Shown one piece after another: positions 51,326 through 64,000 of a DNA stretch of 64,000 bases. The DNA is from Lama glama (Eukaryota). Numbering within the stretch: position 1 is the stretch's first letter; the number at the start of each line of letters is the position of its first letter. The notes under the pieces were generated by a model, which made no database searches, was not told the DNA's origin, and worked only from the letters and a program-made list of their open reading frames with translations. The stretch covers positions 22,136,001 to 22,200,000 of the forward strand of contig CM052818.1 of NCBI GenBank assembly GCA_028534125.1, written 5' to 3'. The translations under genes were made by a program, and so were the position numbers.

Positions 51326-54300
51326 AATTTTTTTTAGAAAGGAAGGTCAATAGCTGTATTGTATGTACTTACCATATCAAATCCTAAAATACAATATAAA
51401 GATATATTAATATTTATAGTCATTATACATGAATAAAAATTATGGTACTTATAACTCATCATTAGAAAGATCAGAGGACAAAATAGAAAAACCAGAAAAG
51501 AGGCTAGTATATGTGTAAGTTAATATATTATAAAGGTGCTACCAGTCCTGTAAAGTTCAAAGTTTTCATAGAGAAACTGAAAATATTGGACTTTTTGTTG
51601 TAATCATTGAATCACCATTTATAATATAATCTATGCAGTGTATATTGTACTTTAAGTAACCATGTGAATATGTCATGATTATTTTATACACTCCCATAGC
51701 ATTTGACCGGAAACTCTCAATAAAGGTTTATTGGAAGAATGAAATAGATTAATGCTGTTTTTTAATAATCCAAAGGGTGTGATACTGTTTTCTTCTGTTC
51801 CTCTATGTTTTCCTATTAACAGCATGAGAAATAAGTATTTCTGGAATAATCTGGTGGAGATTTTAAATACTTGTTAGACAAATGTTTTCACTTGTACCAC
51901 ATTGGAGGTTGAACTTCCTGCCACTTTGAGATTCAGTTTTGATGGCCCATTCATTTACTTTTGGTGACATGAAACAGGGATGCTGCAGAGCAGAATGAGA
52001 AAACTTGTGTTGTAGAAAACCCCCCTCTGTCAGCTGTAGTGATTCTGTGGAGATTTGAGAATCCTCACACCGTGCAATACAAAATTCTCAGAGTGGCCAG
52101 AAACTCCTGACCTCAGAACATCAGGTTTAATGGCCACATCAGCTCTCACTTTGTTCATTAAAAAGAGTGAGATTTTTCTAGATTAAAGAAATCTCATTAC
52201 TTTGAATTTTACTGTTTTAGAGTTTTGTTTTTGTAATTTGTAATTCTGACATTAAGACTGCACACAAATTTACCTTCCTCCATGAATATTCATTGCAAAT
52301 GAATCTTTTGAATTTATTCAGGATCAGCTTAACAGAAATGCTACTTGACAGTCGTTTATTTTAGTATAGTTTATGTTACTGACCATTTTTAAAAACAGAC
52401 CAATATCTCTTTAAAACTTCTGTTTAAAAAGATTTCTTGGACATTCAGATTGGTCTTTTCCCAGTGATTTTGTACCTAGGAAGTGTTGATGTTTCTTAGA
52501 TATTTGTTCCTGATATGTACACATTTGTTTAGCAGAGCGTGGCTTCATCATAGCCTACCAAGAAAGAACTTTATATTATCAGGGAGTGACAACAGGCAGT
52601 TAAAAGATGGAAGAATGTGTTTGGATGAGTGGTGACAAAAAACCCAACACCTACCAACGAGTTATCTCAACCATCAGAAATCTGGGATGAATTGTATATC
52701 CTGGGCCTGGGTTTTATAATCCATCACTGGCTTGGGTGGTAGATATTTAAACAATGGGAAAAGTTAGTGCATAAACATAGCTGCTAAAATGAGAAGTGAT
52801 TTCTTAACAAACCAGAAAAGGGAAATGATAGTGGACCTTCTTAGCAATTAAGTGGCCAAATTATTTATAGAGGTTTGGGAAACAGACTGAAGTGATTTGG
52901 TCCATAGACAGTAAAACAGTTTTAGTTGGAGAAACTGTAAAGATTTAATTCATTTTGTTTACTGAGGAGTTGATGTGTTCAGGGGTGAGTTAACAAAAGA
53001 ATCAGAGTTTGAAAATTAGTCAGTGATCTTTTCCCTTGCAGCAAAAGATGCACATTTTTGTTTTTCTTCTTATGTCTTTATTTTTATAAGAGCATTTTCT
53101 TACCGAATATTTTTTAATATAACGAGGCAAATTACTTCTGAAGGTTCATCCTTCCTCCCACAAAAAGTGAAGGCTGCTATTTGTTATATTATGAATGATC
53201 GGTATCTACTGTTAACATCCAAGTCAGTGTGGGAGGTGAGAATTCTACCATTTAACCACCAGTGCAAAAGAATGTTATAATGTACTGTTTAGAACAAATG
53301 CGATGACTTATAAATAATCTTACATAATAGAATCATTTGTTGAATTATAATAAATAAAAGCTATGTACTTATATATAAAAATTCATCAAGCTGTAAACTT
53401 CAGATTCCATGCTTTTAAGTTGTATTTAAATTTTTAAAAAACTTTAATTAAGATTGGTGGTCAGGGTTTAGGAATTGTGTTTGATAATTTGGGGAGTTAC
53501 ATACTTTATAATGCTATGGAGAGGATGTTCCTTATCTGAAAAAGTTCTCCAAAGACTGAAGCTTGTGGTTAATTAAAAACAGGGAGAATATTTTAAAACT
53601 CTACCTTCAAATCACAATAAAATCCAGTGGCTGAAGAAGAGTATGCTATGGGCATGATTTTCAGAATTCACTTCAAAGCAGAAATGCAATATTCATTAAT
53701 CTTGTTCTCTGATTGTGATGTTAGCTCTTTTGTTCCTGTTGAGTTTACCTTGGCCTGAGTACTGGCAATTAAATGGCACAGTGAAGATGATTGCTGGGAA
53801 ACATTAACTTGTTATTGTTAGTTGACATCGTGCTAAGGTTGATGGGAATTGGAGTTTATAAATAGCCTGGTCTAGGCATTGATTTTAGAAATCTGTTCAG
53901 TTTCAGGGATGAATCTCATCATGTGGACCATTCATTGTTTACATTTGAAGCTTTTTGTTTAACAGACAGTGGGTTTACCCTTTTGAAAAATGTAATATTG
54001 AGCATAGCTATGGTATACCCACATGGAAACTTTTGTTTTCAGTATTAACTTCTTGAATAAATTGGCTTCCTATTTTTTGCTCAGCTTTATTTTTCTGGAT
54101 GTTATGTAAGTGGTGTTCTTTCACTTTCTAGAAAGGGTCCTACTTTCTTTTCTACTTGATATAATTCATTTTTATTTTAATCTAGAATAGTCTTCATGTT
54201 TTGCAAGTATGTTTTAAAATAAGCATCTTTGAACGTTTGCAGTGTTCAGCATGAAACTTTTGTCCGTTTCTGAAAAGTGTTCTTGTGTGTCCTTGCCTGA

Positions 54301-54944
54301 AAGCAGGCCTGCTACTTGAATTTTTATCATGCACTATCAGATGCAAATCATTAACTCTGAGCTCTCCCCAGCATGACGGTGGAAAGAACACAGGGTCAAA
54401 GCGGTAATCCTTGACGGATGAAAGGAAGTTGACTCTATTATGAGAAATCTAGGCAGTTAGACAAGGCCTAACAATTGTTTCTAGAAATCTGGCCAAATCA
54501 CTGAATAATTGCCTTCTTCTTTCAGGCCAACTCAAACCGTAAATTTTCATTCTCATTAACCTGATAATGAGAGAAGGATTCCGTGCTACTCAAATAGGCC
54601 TTAAGACATGAAGTTTCAGGGTTGTTTTTAAGTTGGGTCGTACATTTACCCATCATTCAGTGAGGTTTAAATTGAGTTCCAATTAAATGTTCAGTATTGT
54701 GCTAATTAAGCACTGGGTGGATATAAAGCAGTATAAATTCACCATCAGAATCTTGCAGTTTGACTGCAACAGAAAAATTAGAGTGCCAAATCACGTAACA
54801 TTAATTTTAAGTCAGATTATCAGCCTGGATGAAGTAGGTAGAATCTTCATGACTAAACCCTAAATAACTCAGGGCATCTAGCTGTATGTCTTCAGATCTC
54901 TGGTTGTTAGGACACTGACAAAAACAGGAAGATTTAATAGGCTG

Positions 54945-55116
54945 TCAGATGTTTCCTTGGCACAAAAGTTACCTGGGGCACTGTTTAAAATACAGGACCC
55001 CAAATTTTTGTCCTGAAGATTTTGATTGTGTAGATCTGAAGTAGAACCCCAGAATCTGCCTTTTTCATGTGTGATGTAGGTGATCCTTAAACTCAGGCAA
55101 GTTTGGAAAACATTGG
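54945..55116. mobile_element. MER5A1-like hAT MITE
   Basis: TTACCTGGGGCACTGTTTAAAATACAG...CCCAGAATCTGCCTTTTT...AGGTGATCCTTAAACTCAGGCAAGTTTGGAAAACATTG. Confidence 0.65.
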
Positions 55117-55139
55117 GTTAACAGTGGAAGAGAGGGATT

Positions 55140-56180
55140 CAATATACAAAATTGAGTTAATGAAAGAGACAAGTGATGCTAATGTCAGGTCTGAGATAAC
55201 AGAGATTTATCCCCCCAGGTGATGGATATTGTATATCACTAGGTAATTTGCTGTTGAGGTTAAAGGACCATGAAGAGCAATAAGAAAATCTTAAAATTTC
55301 TCAGCTCAAAGATTTAATGGGCAAAAAGTGTTCTGGATTGCATTTTATCACTTATTTTCTACCCAAACTTGTTCCAGTCTAGGAAGGTTGCTCTTGGTCA
55401 TTCATGTGGAGAGCAGTCAGGCAGACATGAGTAAGGAGGAAGCATTTGAAATAGCAGCTTGGCAGATGCAAGGGGAGACTCTTCCAAGTTTAAAGGGTAG
55501 CTGGAAAGACTGCCCAAAGGCAGGAGTGGAAGAAGCAAGAGACTGAGTGAGCTGTTTAGTAACACAATGTTTTGTGGTCAAGATCAAGAGGCATGAAGCA
55601 AGAGTTGTGGGAAAGCAGGGCAGAGATAATAATAATTGTGCGTGACACATCTTATAAGAATCAAGGAGGTCAGCAGTGCACATAAACCCTTGGTCCTCAT
55701 CCAGGGCGATAGATGGGAGGCTGGTTATATTATTTCAGTTTTACAGCCGGAGACCTAGAGGTATTGAAAGAGGTGTGTTTGCTATAGATAGTGAGCTTGA
55801 AAAGGAAGTAAGAGAATTAGAGCCAATATAGGTTTTCTGACCTACAGCGTTAGGTTGGATAAGTGTTTGGAGGATGGAGAAGAGCAGAAAAGGACTATCT
55901 TGAAGTTGAGTTGATGAGTTTGTGAAATTTTGAACAGATTTCACATGGGTAAATGAAAAAATTTATCAACTAATTTTAAAAAGTGGTGTGGAATGGTGAT
56001 AATGAAAAGGTATGAAAACGTTGAGGGTTTTTAGCTGTGAGCAAAGAGAAAGTAGATGTTGTATGGAGAGTTGATGGTTCAGCACAAGTGTATGATATAA
56101 AGCTAACTTTTGTACCTCCCAAAGATGACTCTTAGTTGACATATTGATCGTAATAATAGTCTCAACCACCTCTTCTCTGG
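55140..56180 (-). mobile_element. Degraded L2 fragment(s)
   Basis: Purine-rich (GA) sequence with L2-like motifs such as AGTGAGCTTGAAAAGGAAGTAAGAG and GAGGATGGAGAAGAGCAGAAAAGG; boundaries uncertain. Confidence 0.45.
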
Positions 56181-56694
56181 AAGCATAATACTTTTAAAAA
56201 TAATCTACGATGGAGAAAGTTTAAAAAAAAATTAACCTTTGTCTAAGAATTTAGCCTGTGATGGTTTTTTTTCCCTCCTCTGTTGTAGTAGAGACTGGAA
56301 AAGCAGTGGACACTAGGAGAGCAGTAAAACAGATCTCTACTGTCTGCTCGTATGTTCCAGTTTCTCAGTGTCACTTGAGAATTGTCCCTTTCCCTACAGT
56401 TAGTACCATCTTATAGCTTGCCTCTAATGATAGACTTGGCTATTTTTAATTAGCACCTGATGCTAATTTTTTTAAGGATTAAAAGAAATCAAAATCATGT
56501 TCTAAGAGCATCTAATTAATGCAGGCTCACAATACTAGTTGGTACATTAAAGTAAATGTATAGTTCACCCACAAGACTTAATAGATGAGGAACTCTGTAA
56601 TCAGAGAATTTAAAACATGTCCCAGAAATGATACTGAATACAATATTATAATATTGAATGTTGGTGACTTGAATGTAGGGAATCTTTAAAAAAA

Positions 56695-57258
56695 AATTTC
56701 ATTGTGATAAAGTGCATGTAAAATTTACTATCTTGACCATTTTTAAGTGTTCAGTTCAGTAGTGTTAAGTATATTCACATGTTGTTGATCAAGCTCCAGA
56801 ACTTGCAAAATTGAAAATTTATATCCATTAAATGATGCTCTATTTCTCCCTTCCCCCCAACCCCTGGCAACCACCATTCTACTTTCTGGTTTTATGAGTT
56901 TGAGTACTCTTGTTACCTCATTTAAGTGAAATCATACTATATTTGTCTTTTTGTAACTGGCTTATTTCTCTTTGTATAATGTCCTCAAGTTTCACCCATA
57001 TGTCAGAATGTCCTTCCTTTTATGGCTGAATAATATTCCATTGTATGTACACGCCACATTTGTTTGTCCATTCATCTGTCGGTGGACACTTGGGTTGTTT
57101 CCACCTTTTGGCTGTTGTGAATCATGCTGCTGTGAAATAGGTATACAAATACCTTTTTGGTATTTCAATTCTTTTAAATATATATCCAAAAGTAGAATTG
57201 CTGAATCTTATGGTAATTCTATTTTTAATTTTTTGAGGAACTGCAATACTTTTTTCAT
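56695..57258 (-). mobile_element. L1 (L1MB-like) 3' end
   Basis: CATTTTTAAGTGTTCAGTTCAGTAGTGTTAAGTATATTCACATG...CCCCTGGCAACCACCATTCTACTTTCTG...GTGGACACTTGGGTTGTTTCCACCTTTTGGCT...TATGGTAATTCTATTTTTAATTTTTTGAGGAACTGC. Confidence 0.9.
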
Positions 57259-58399
57259 AGAAATGTGGGGAACCTTAATTTCTTGTTTTAGCTAGACAGT
57301 AACTTTATTGACAAACTTAATGGTTTGTCTCTCGGCCTCATTTGCCTCCAACATTAAGAAGTACTGTGCATAAACTTACGTTTGCTCATTTGTATTCCTT
57401 CATTGTGTTGTGGATACCTCCCCTCTCTACCCACCTTCATACCCCAGTCCTATAGACTCTCCTAGTTTTTCACTGAAAAGAAAGAGATCTGAGAAATAAG
57501 ACCCAGGTGGTCATAGAGAGTAACTATCAATTATATGTATGCAATTCCAAATCCACCATGGTCTTTTTATCTGTAACTTTTTCCTAATTAAAACTCCATA
57601 TTCTACAGAAAGTGAGCCTCTCCTTCCCACCTTAGATCTTTCATTAACTGAATCCCTATGCATTTGTATAGAGTTTGCTAGATAGTAAATCTCATTGGTT
57701 GGTATTTTACTTTTAAGTGAAATTGATTTTATTTTGTCTTTAGTAGAATTGTGTAGAACTCATTAGCTTGCTTAATCTGTGCCAAGTTAAGAAATAACCA
57801 TCAGGGTAAAACTCAAGTGTCATAACTAATAGAGCTAATATCTTCAAGGGTCATCAGATTAGTCTTTTGACACACTGAATGGCACAACTCACCCTTAGAT
57901 GTAAATCACCAATGCAGAAAGTTTACCTTATGACAAAAAAGGCAAACGTGATAATAAGTACTATACTTCCACTTTTCAAAGCCCCTGAGGGATAATCATG
58001 AATTTCTCCTTGCTATACACTTGGTCATTGTTATGAGCCGTATAGTAAGATGATTAGTTAGAGAGCACAGTTTGAAAAATTATCAGAGACCAATAAGAGA
58101 AGCATGGCTAAGAAACAATCCCGCAACAGGCAGAAGTCCAGTGGCCAAGGAAAAACAACTGCCAGGAAAAGAACATGAGCAGGTACCACAGAGGAGTAAC
58201 AAAAGCTACCTAAATAGCACAAAACCAGGAGAGTATCGCTATGCCAAAGAGATGAAGGTGAGGGGGGTCTTTCTACACCAATACCAAGGGATGCGTCCAA
58301 ATGCAAGGCAGAGCTGAAATCACACATGGGGCACGCCTTCTATTAATGAGGATTACTAATTTCTTAAAGAGTAATTGCAAAGTTCTTTCCCCATCAGTT

Positions 58400-58518
58400 A
58401 TCTTTTAGACTTCACAATACCCTCATGAGATGAATTATATTATTAGCTCCATTTTATAGATGAAGAAATTAAGGCTCAGAGAGGTTAAATAATTTTCCCA
58501 AGGTCCCCAGCTGGGTAG
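58400..58518 (-). mobile_element. MIR core (adjacent to or interrupted by MER20)
   Basis: CTCCATTTTATAGATGAAGAAATTAAGGCTCAGAGAGGTTAAATAATTTTCCCAAGGTCCCCAGCT. Confidence 0.8.
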
Positions 58519-58520
58519 GC

Positions 58521-58732
58521 CAGTGGTTCTCCACCTCAGCACTGTGACGTTCTGGGTCAGATAATTCTTTGTTTGAGGGGGCTGTCCTGTGCATTGTAGA
58601 CTGTTTAGCAGCATCTCTGGCCTCTACCTGCTAGATGCCAGTAGCACCTTCTTTCATTGTGATAACCAAAAGTGTTTCTAGATATTGCCAAATGTCTCCT
58701 GGAGGTTAAATCACCCTGGTTTAGAACCACTG
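58521..58732. mobile_element. Full-length MER20 (hAT-Charlie) MITE
   Basis: Terminal inverted repeats CAGTGGTTCT ... AGAACCACTG and internal GGGCTGTCCTGTGCATTGTAG...GCAGCATCTCTGGCCTCTACC..CTAGATGCCAGTAGCAC. Confidence 0.88.
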
Positions 58733-61019
58733 GTCTAAAGACTAAAGTTTGTGGTGTAAATCCAGTGAGCACTGAGAGAAGTGTCCTGTTATCTTGTTGG
58801 AATCGGTCCCAGTGTTTGGCTGGGAGGGCTTGCTTATGGGGAAAAATCCGTAACAAGTTTTCTTAGAATTTTCCTAAACCTGATCCTCATAGCCTTCCAG
58901 CAATATAGTGGAAGAGGGCAGGTCAAAATGGACTATGGATGGTTACCCTGAGAGTCATTGTTTCTTTCAGCTATTTATTCAACAAATAAACCTAGCAGTT
59001 CCCCAGAGAGTGGTTTCATAGAGGCACCAGTGTTTGAGCTGAATTAGGCTTAGAGGGTAGATTATGAGTTTCCTCAGGATGAGTTTGGGGGGTGATGAAT
59101 TCATGTAGACAACATGACTTGTTAGTGGGCTAGGAAGAGCAGGCCAAGGACCCAGACCACAAACGTACTTACGTCTCAAGGGCTTGCATTCATTGGTCAT
59201 CTTACTTTGTAAGCGGGGGCCCATTCGCAAGCAGTCTTGATGTTTACTTTCACTACTGAGTTAACTATTGCCTTGGAAGTACTGTTTATCTCAGCCCACA
59301 TGGTAATTGCCTTAAATTTAAAATCAAATCAACAAACTTTTGCATTCCAGTAAGGCTCTGTAGGAGATAAAAAGACGTGGTTTACATAAAAAGATAAATA
59401 GCAATCAAGGCAACATATCTTAGGTGCCAAATGAGTGGTTCAGATAATAAATACTATGGGACGAGAGGATGGAAAGATTGTCACAACCTAGAATTGTCAG
59501 GGAGAGCTTCACAGAAGGAGCTGATGATCTGAGGCTTAATGGATTAAGTAGAAATAATATGAAATCTCTATAACAGACTAGGGATCACACCTTGATTAAT
59601 ACGCACAGCATCCCATGTAAAAAAAAAATACCTTTTAGATGATTATTGTAATTCCATCTAGTCTCATTATTTTGGAATATGTCTGATAACATATAAAATC
59701 TAGTTAGAAGCTCATCCATATTGATTGTCCAGAGTTCACTGTCAGCTCGACCAAGAAAACTCATAAGTGGAAAGGATTTTTTGATCACTCTCAGGGATTA
59801 GAGGAGGCTGATCAAGATCGGTTTCACGGACCCTTGGCTTCAGTTAGACCTCCCGGAATCACTCTTCTCTGAACAAAGTGCCCTCAGGGAAACCGGGCTG
59901 GGGAATGGGAGACCTTACTGCGGCTCGCCTGTGGGACCCCGGGCATTGCACGTCCTCAGCAGGGTGGTGGAAGGCACAGTTATCAATCAGTGCTGCAGAG
60001 GCTTTTGCTTCTTAAGACACTGCCTGGTTTATTTCACAAATCCCAGCCATCCAGTGGACCTTTCTAATTCCACATAAAATGGATGCAGCAGATGTTTCTG
60101 GACTTCGCTGCTGGAGGTGTTGAATGGCAAACGAACAAACAAACTCAGGAGGCGGGGAGGGGGAAACCACCCAAATCTCCATTCCTGGGAGCTTAGAGGA
60201 ATCATTTTTTTTCCTTCCTCCATGTGAAAATATAAACAGTTGCTTTATAAACAGTTGTCACTTTTTGACTTATAAAGATTCACAGTCTTTCCCTTTTGTT
60301 TACTTTGATGACCTTTGAAATAAGCTGCAACCCAAAGAGTCAAAAAAAAAGTCCTTCCATCTTCATTTTTCAGAAAGAGGAGTCACTGTTACCACAGTGC
60401 ACTGGAAGCCAGCAGATTCCCGAGCCTGGCTCCAGCCCAGACCCAGGTTTGCAGGGGACTTTTGCCCCAAACCCCCTCACTGGGCAGCTGGGAAAAATGT
60501 GCATTACTAGCCTGAAGACCAGATGCTGAATGTCGGACACTTTTCTGTGGGTCAAACTCTTTTTATAAGGCAAATTTTACAGCTTCTCTAAAGTCTGGGA
60601 AATGCAAATTAATGTAACTCTGCATTTCCTCTGGCTTTGTTTGCTGAAGACGACCCTGGAGATATCCCTGCAGTGCCCTCTCCAGCAAGCCCTCCCACCT
60701 CCCTTGTGGCCAGCCTTCTCTCCCTTCAATGGGTCTCTCCCCCTACCTGCTCTTCCACCCACATTGGGCACAGATCTGAAAAGTCAAAGGAGGAGACCAG
60801 GAGGGGCCTTGGGAAAGTTGTAACATCTTCTCTTTGATGCATTGACGAGTTCCTTTTCTTTCATTTCTATCTCTAGGCAAAAAATACCACACAGCCACCT
60901 GTCCCAGTAATTAGTATGTGAATTTTCATACTGAGTTTAGAGTTAGGGAATGCAGGATAAAGAGAATATTATTTTGCTTTTATTGTTTCTGAGTCCATAA
61001 ATAATGCTCTCTTCCTTTA

Positions 61020-61530
61020 CGATGGTAAGACAGTCTGTATCTTGATTGTGGTGGTGGTTGCACAAGTCCATACATGGGGATAAAACTGCCTCTCCCCGCC
61101 CCAAACACACACACAAATGATTGCACATAAAATATGACAACAACTGAATATGGTATGTAGTCAAGTTAATAGTAATGTGACTATGTCAGTTTTCTGCTTT
61201 TGATCTAGTCCCACAGTTACATAAGATGTCACAGCTGGGGAAAACTGAGTGAAAGGTACAACTCTGTTTTGACAACTTGTTATGAGGCTATATACACTTG
61301 ACCTTTGAACAATGCGAGGTAATCCACATATCACTTATAGTTGACCCTCTGTATCCAAGGTTCCTTTGTATCCTCGGGTTCCTCAACCAACCACAGACTG
61401 TGTGGTACTGTTGTATTTACTACTGAAAAGTATCCACATGTACTTGGACCCTCACTGTTCAAACCTGCATTGCTCAAGGGTCAGCTGTAATTATTTCAAT
61501 AAAAAGTTTTCAATAAAAAGTTTAAAAAAA
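61020..61530 (+). mobile_element. L1 (L1MC/MD-like) 3' end containing a nested Tigger MITE
   Basis: GATGG..ACAGTCTGTATCTTGATTGTGGTGGTGGTTGCACAAGTCCATACATG...ACATAAGATGTCAC..TGGGGAAAACTGAGTGAAAGGTACA...AATAAAAAG. Confidence 0.7.
61295..61487. mobile_element. MER8/Tigger2-type MITE
   Basis: TA|CACTTGACCTTTGAACAATGC ... GCATTGCTCAAGGGTCAGCTG|TA: TIRs and TA duplication, the same TIR family as 46643-47544. Confidence 0.85.
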
Positions 61531-62311
61531 TGATATATCCTTACCATAAAACTTTCAGAGTTACAGAAGCATGCAACATTGAATGTAACAATCCCACCCC
61601 CACTGTTAATAATTTGGCATCAATAAAAATGGGATCATGCTATTTTTGCAGCTTGATTTTTCACTTATCAGTATGTCTTAGAGATATTTTCATGTCAGTC
61701 CATGTGTATCTACAACATTATTTTTGAATAAATGTACAGCTCAGCTATATATGATAGGATACTTGTAGGAATATCCCATAGTTTTTCAACTGGTCCTGTA
61801 TTGGTTGTTTCTAAATTTTCCTGTTATAGTAAGTACTGCTTATGATCATTCTTGGGCATCTGTATTTTTGTCCCACACCTGTAAGTGTTTCTGTGAGATA
61901 AATTCCTAGAAGTGGGTATTGCAAAATTGAAGGAAGTACATGTTTTCCATTTTAATAGCAACTGCTACACTTCCAAGTTGCTGCTTTGTCTAACATCCGG
62001 GAAAACATTTGTATAGAATTACATCGTATGTACAAGGACTTGGCCCTGCTAGTTACCCCCAAAAAGCGTCTAACAATTTCTACTCCCACCAATGATGAAT
62101 GAGAATGTCAGTTTCCTTACTTAAATATTAGTTGCATCCTACCCTTTAAAAAACAATTCTCTACAGATTAATGGGGTTTTTTTCCTTTTAAAATTCATTG
62201 TTTTAATTGCCCTTCCTTAAACATTAATGAAATTAAACATGTCTTCGTATGTTTATTGGATATTTGTGTTTCATCTGTGAATTACTTGTTTATATTCTTT
62301 CCTAAACATTT

Positions 62312-62860
62312 GCAGTTCCCAAAGTGTGTGCCAAAGCACTGTGGGATATTTTAAATTTGGGGGGGAAAGGACAGTGACACTTGCCATCTGTGCGATACTA
62401 CGTGAACCACTCGCTTAAAGTAATGTACAGTTATCAACATTAGCTCACACTGCATTCCTTTCGATGATGCTATATGTCTTTGCAAAGTTGAGTATTCACT
62501 AGTTGCTGTAATAAAGAGCTAGTACCATGAGAAAATCAATGTGGAACAGGAATGAGGGTGGTGGAGTCCAGCAATTCCAAGGCTTGGGAAGTTATGAAGT
62601 ATCCAATAGGCACACACATCCCATTAGTAAGTAATTGTGGTTATTAAAGAATGAAATAAAAATATTTTTTCTTTCAACTTATGTGTATTATTTTTTCAAA
62701 CAGTTCCTAAGTTGTTAGGGCAAAAATACTTATTAGGTTGTTTGGACCTAACTACTTAATAAATGGAACTGTTAGGTATTTCTTTTAGCCTACAGGCACC
62801 ATGAAAAGATTATTGAGGTGCTAAGGGTGCTATGAATGGAGAAAGTTTGTAACTCCCTGC
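62312..62860. mobile_element. hAT-Charlie-type DNA transposon remnant nested in old L1 sequence
   Basis: CAGTTCCCAAAGTGTGTGCC...GAAAATCAATGTGGAACAGGAATGAGGGTGG...CTAAGGGTGCTATGAA..GAGAAAGTTTGTAACTCCCTG; flanks (about 61540-62310 and 62870-63250) are degraded L1. Confidence 0.6.
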
Positions 62861-64000
62861 CGTATTTCATTCAATTATTTTCATTTTTGTTATTAATTTG
62901 CAAGAGCTTTGTTCCTTAGGGGAATTAGCCAATATTTTAGCCCTGGTTTGCTTGTACTTTTGAATATTCCTAGTAATTTTTGCTATACAGAAGATTTCAG
63001 CTCTTATGTCCAGTTAATGTTATAAATACATCTTTTTTTTGCATTCATTTTACATACATTTTCTCTTTCCCTTCTCTCCCTCTCTAAACCTTTTTTTAAC
63101 TTTTATTATAAAAAATGTAAATAAACACAAATGTAGGCAGAATAATATAATGAATCCCATATACCCACCACTCAGCTTCAACAATGAGTGATTCATGACT
63201 AATTTTCATTAATACCACCACCAATTTCCCTCCTTTTGTATTGCTTTAAAATTAACTGTCTTGACTGAACAAATTATCTGTTTTATTTTTCATTAATGAG
63301 TTTTGCTGTATCAGAGAGTTCCTTATTGTTCTCTCAGTATTGTCTTTAAGGAAACTCCGTAGTTTGAGGATCCAGGTATGTAGAAAAGATAAGTAAACAA
63401 GTACAATAAAGCTTCTCCTAAAGATTTTAGACTGGGATTTATTTTGCAAATACATAATTTATAATTTGAAAAATGTTATACATAGCTTTTCAGAAATGTG
63501 TCTGCATTCTAAAGCTGGAAGGAAACTCTTTAGTTAGAAGAGAAATTATATCAGTGTTTTGTAAATTGTTAATTCTTTATAATCAAGGCTTTGTTTGTAT
63601 GTTGGATTAAGATTGACTGCCTTTGACATCACTTTCTAAGCTTTGCCCTCACGCAACAACTCAGGACCCTTGACGCTTTGTCTGGGTTTCGGGACTGCAT
63701 TATAAAATTTACAGCACGAGGCCAGAGATGACCCAAAACAAATGTATACTCACTGTCTTATTACTACTGTGTATTTCCCCCCAACCAGAGAGTGTGCAGA
63801 GAGTTTAGACAGGTGGCTTTTGCACCCCAGCTGCTGCTGCAAATACAGGTTCTATTCCTGCCACCCCCGGCAAGGGGGCATGGTGGAATTCCAAATCAAT
63901 AAATGCTCTGTTGGCTGAGTCTCTCTTTCTGCCAGACAAAGCTGTATATCCCTGGAGTCTAGGGGCTGTGGAGAACAGGACACAGTCCTTTTCTTCAATG

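Noticed and set aside
58072..58317. 81-aa hydrophilic A-rich ORF
   Set aside because: Non-ATG start, no splice signals and no recognisable homology; possibly an ancient repeat remnant.

Overview
Mammalian genomic DNA, most likely camelid given four camelid-type tRNA-derived SINEs and the young L1 pieces. It comprises three contigs joined by two gaps of exactly 500 N (5337-5836 and 49528-50027). Only two real protein-coding exons are recognisable. The first is the terminal coding exon of DYNC2LI1 on the minus strand (1710-1772, ELEQYKRSSSKSWKQTELDS*), which is too short for the ORF track. The second is one internal 169-nt THADA exon on the plus strand (36644-36812). The rest is intronic or intergenic sequence full of L1, L2, L3/CR1, MIR, hAT and Tigger remnants. 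It also holds two ribosomal-protein retrocopies: a disabled RPL9 copy (+) and an RPS25 copy (-) that still has a full-length 125-codon ORF. The main anomaly is that the DYNC2LI1 3' end and a 3'-half THADA exon are only about 35 kb apart, so the first gap must hide or misplace PLEKHH2 and most of both genes. I found no convincing evidence for a new biological system. Gene and repeat-family names come from recalled sequences, not database searches, and regulatory calls are motif-level hypotheses.
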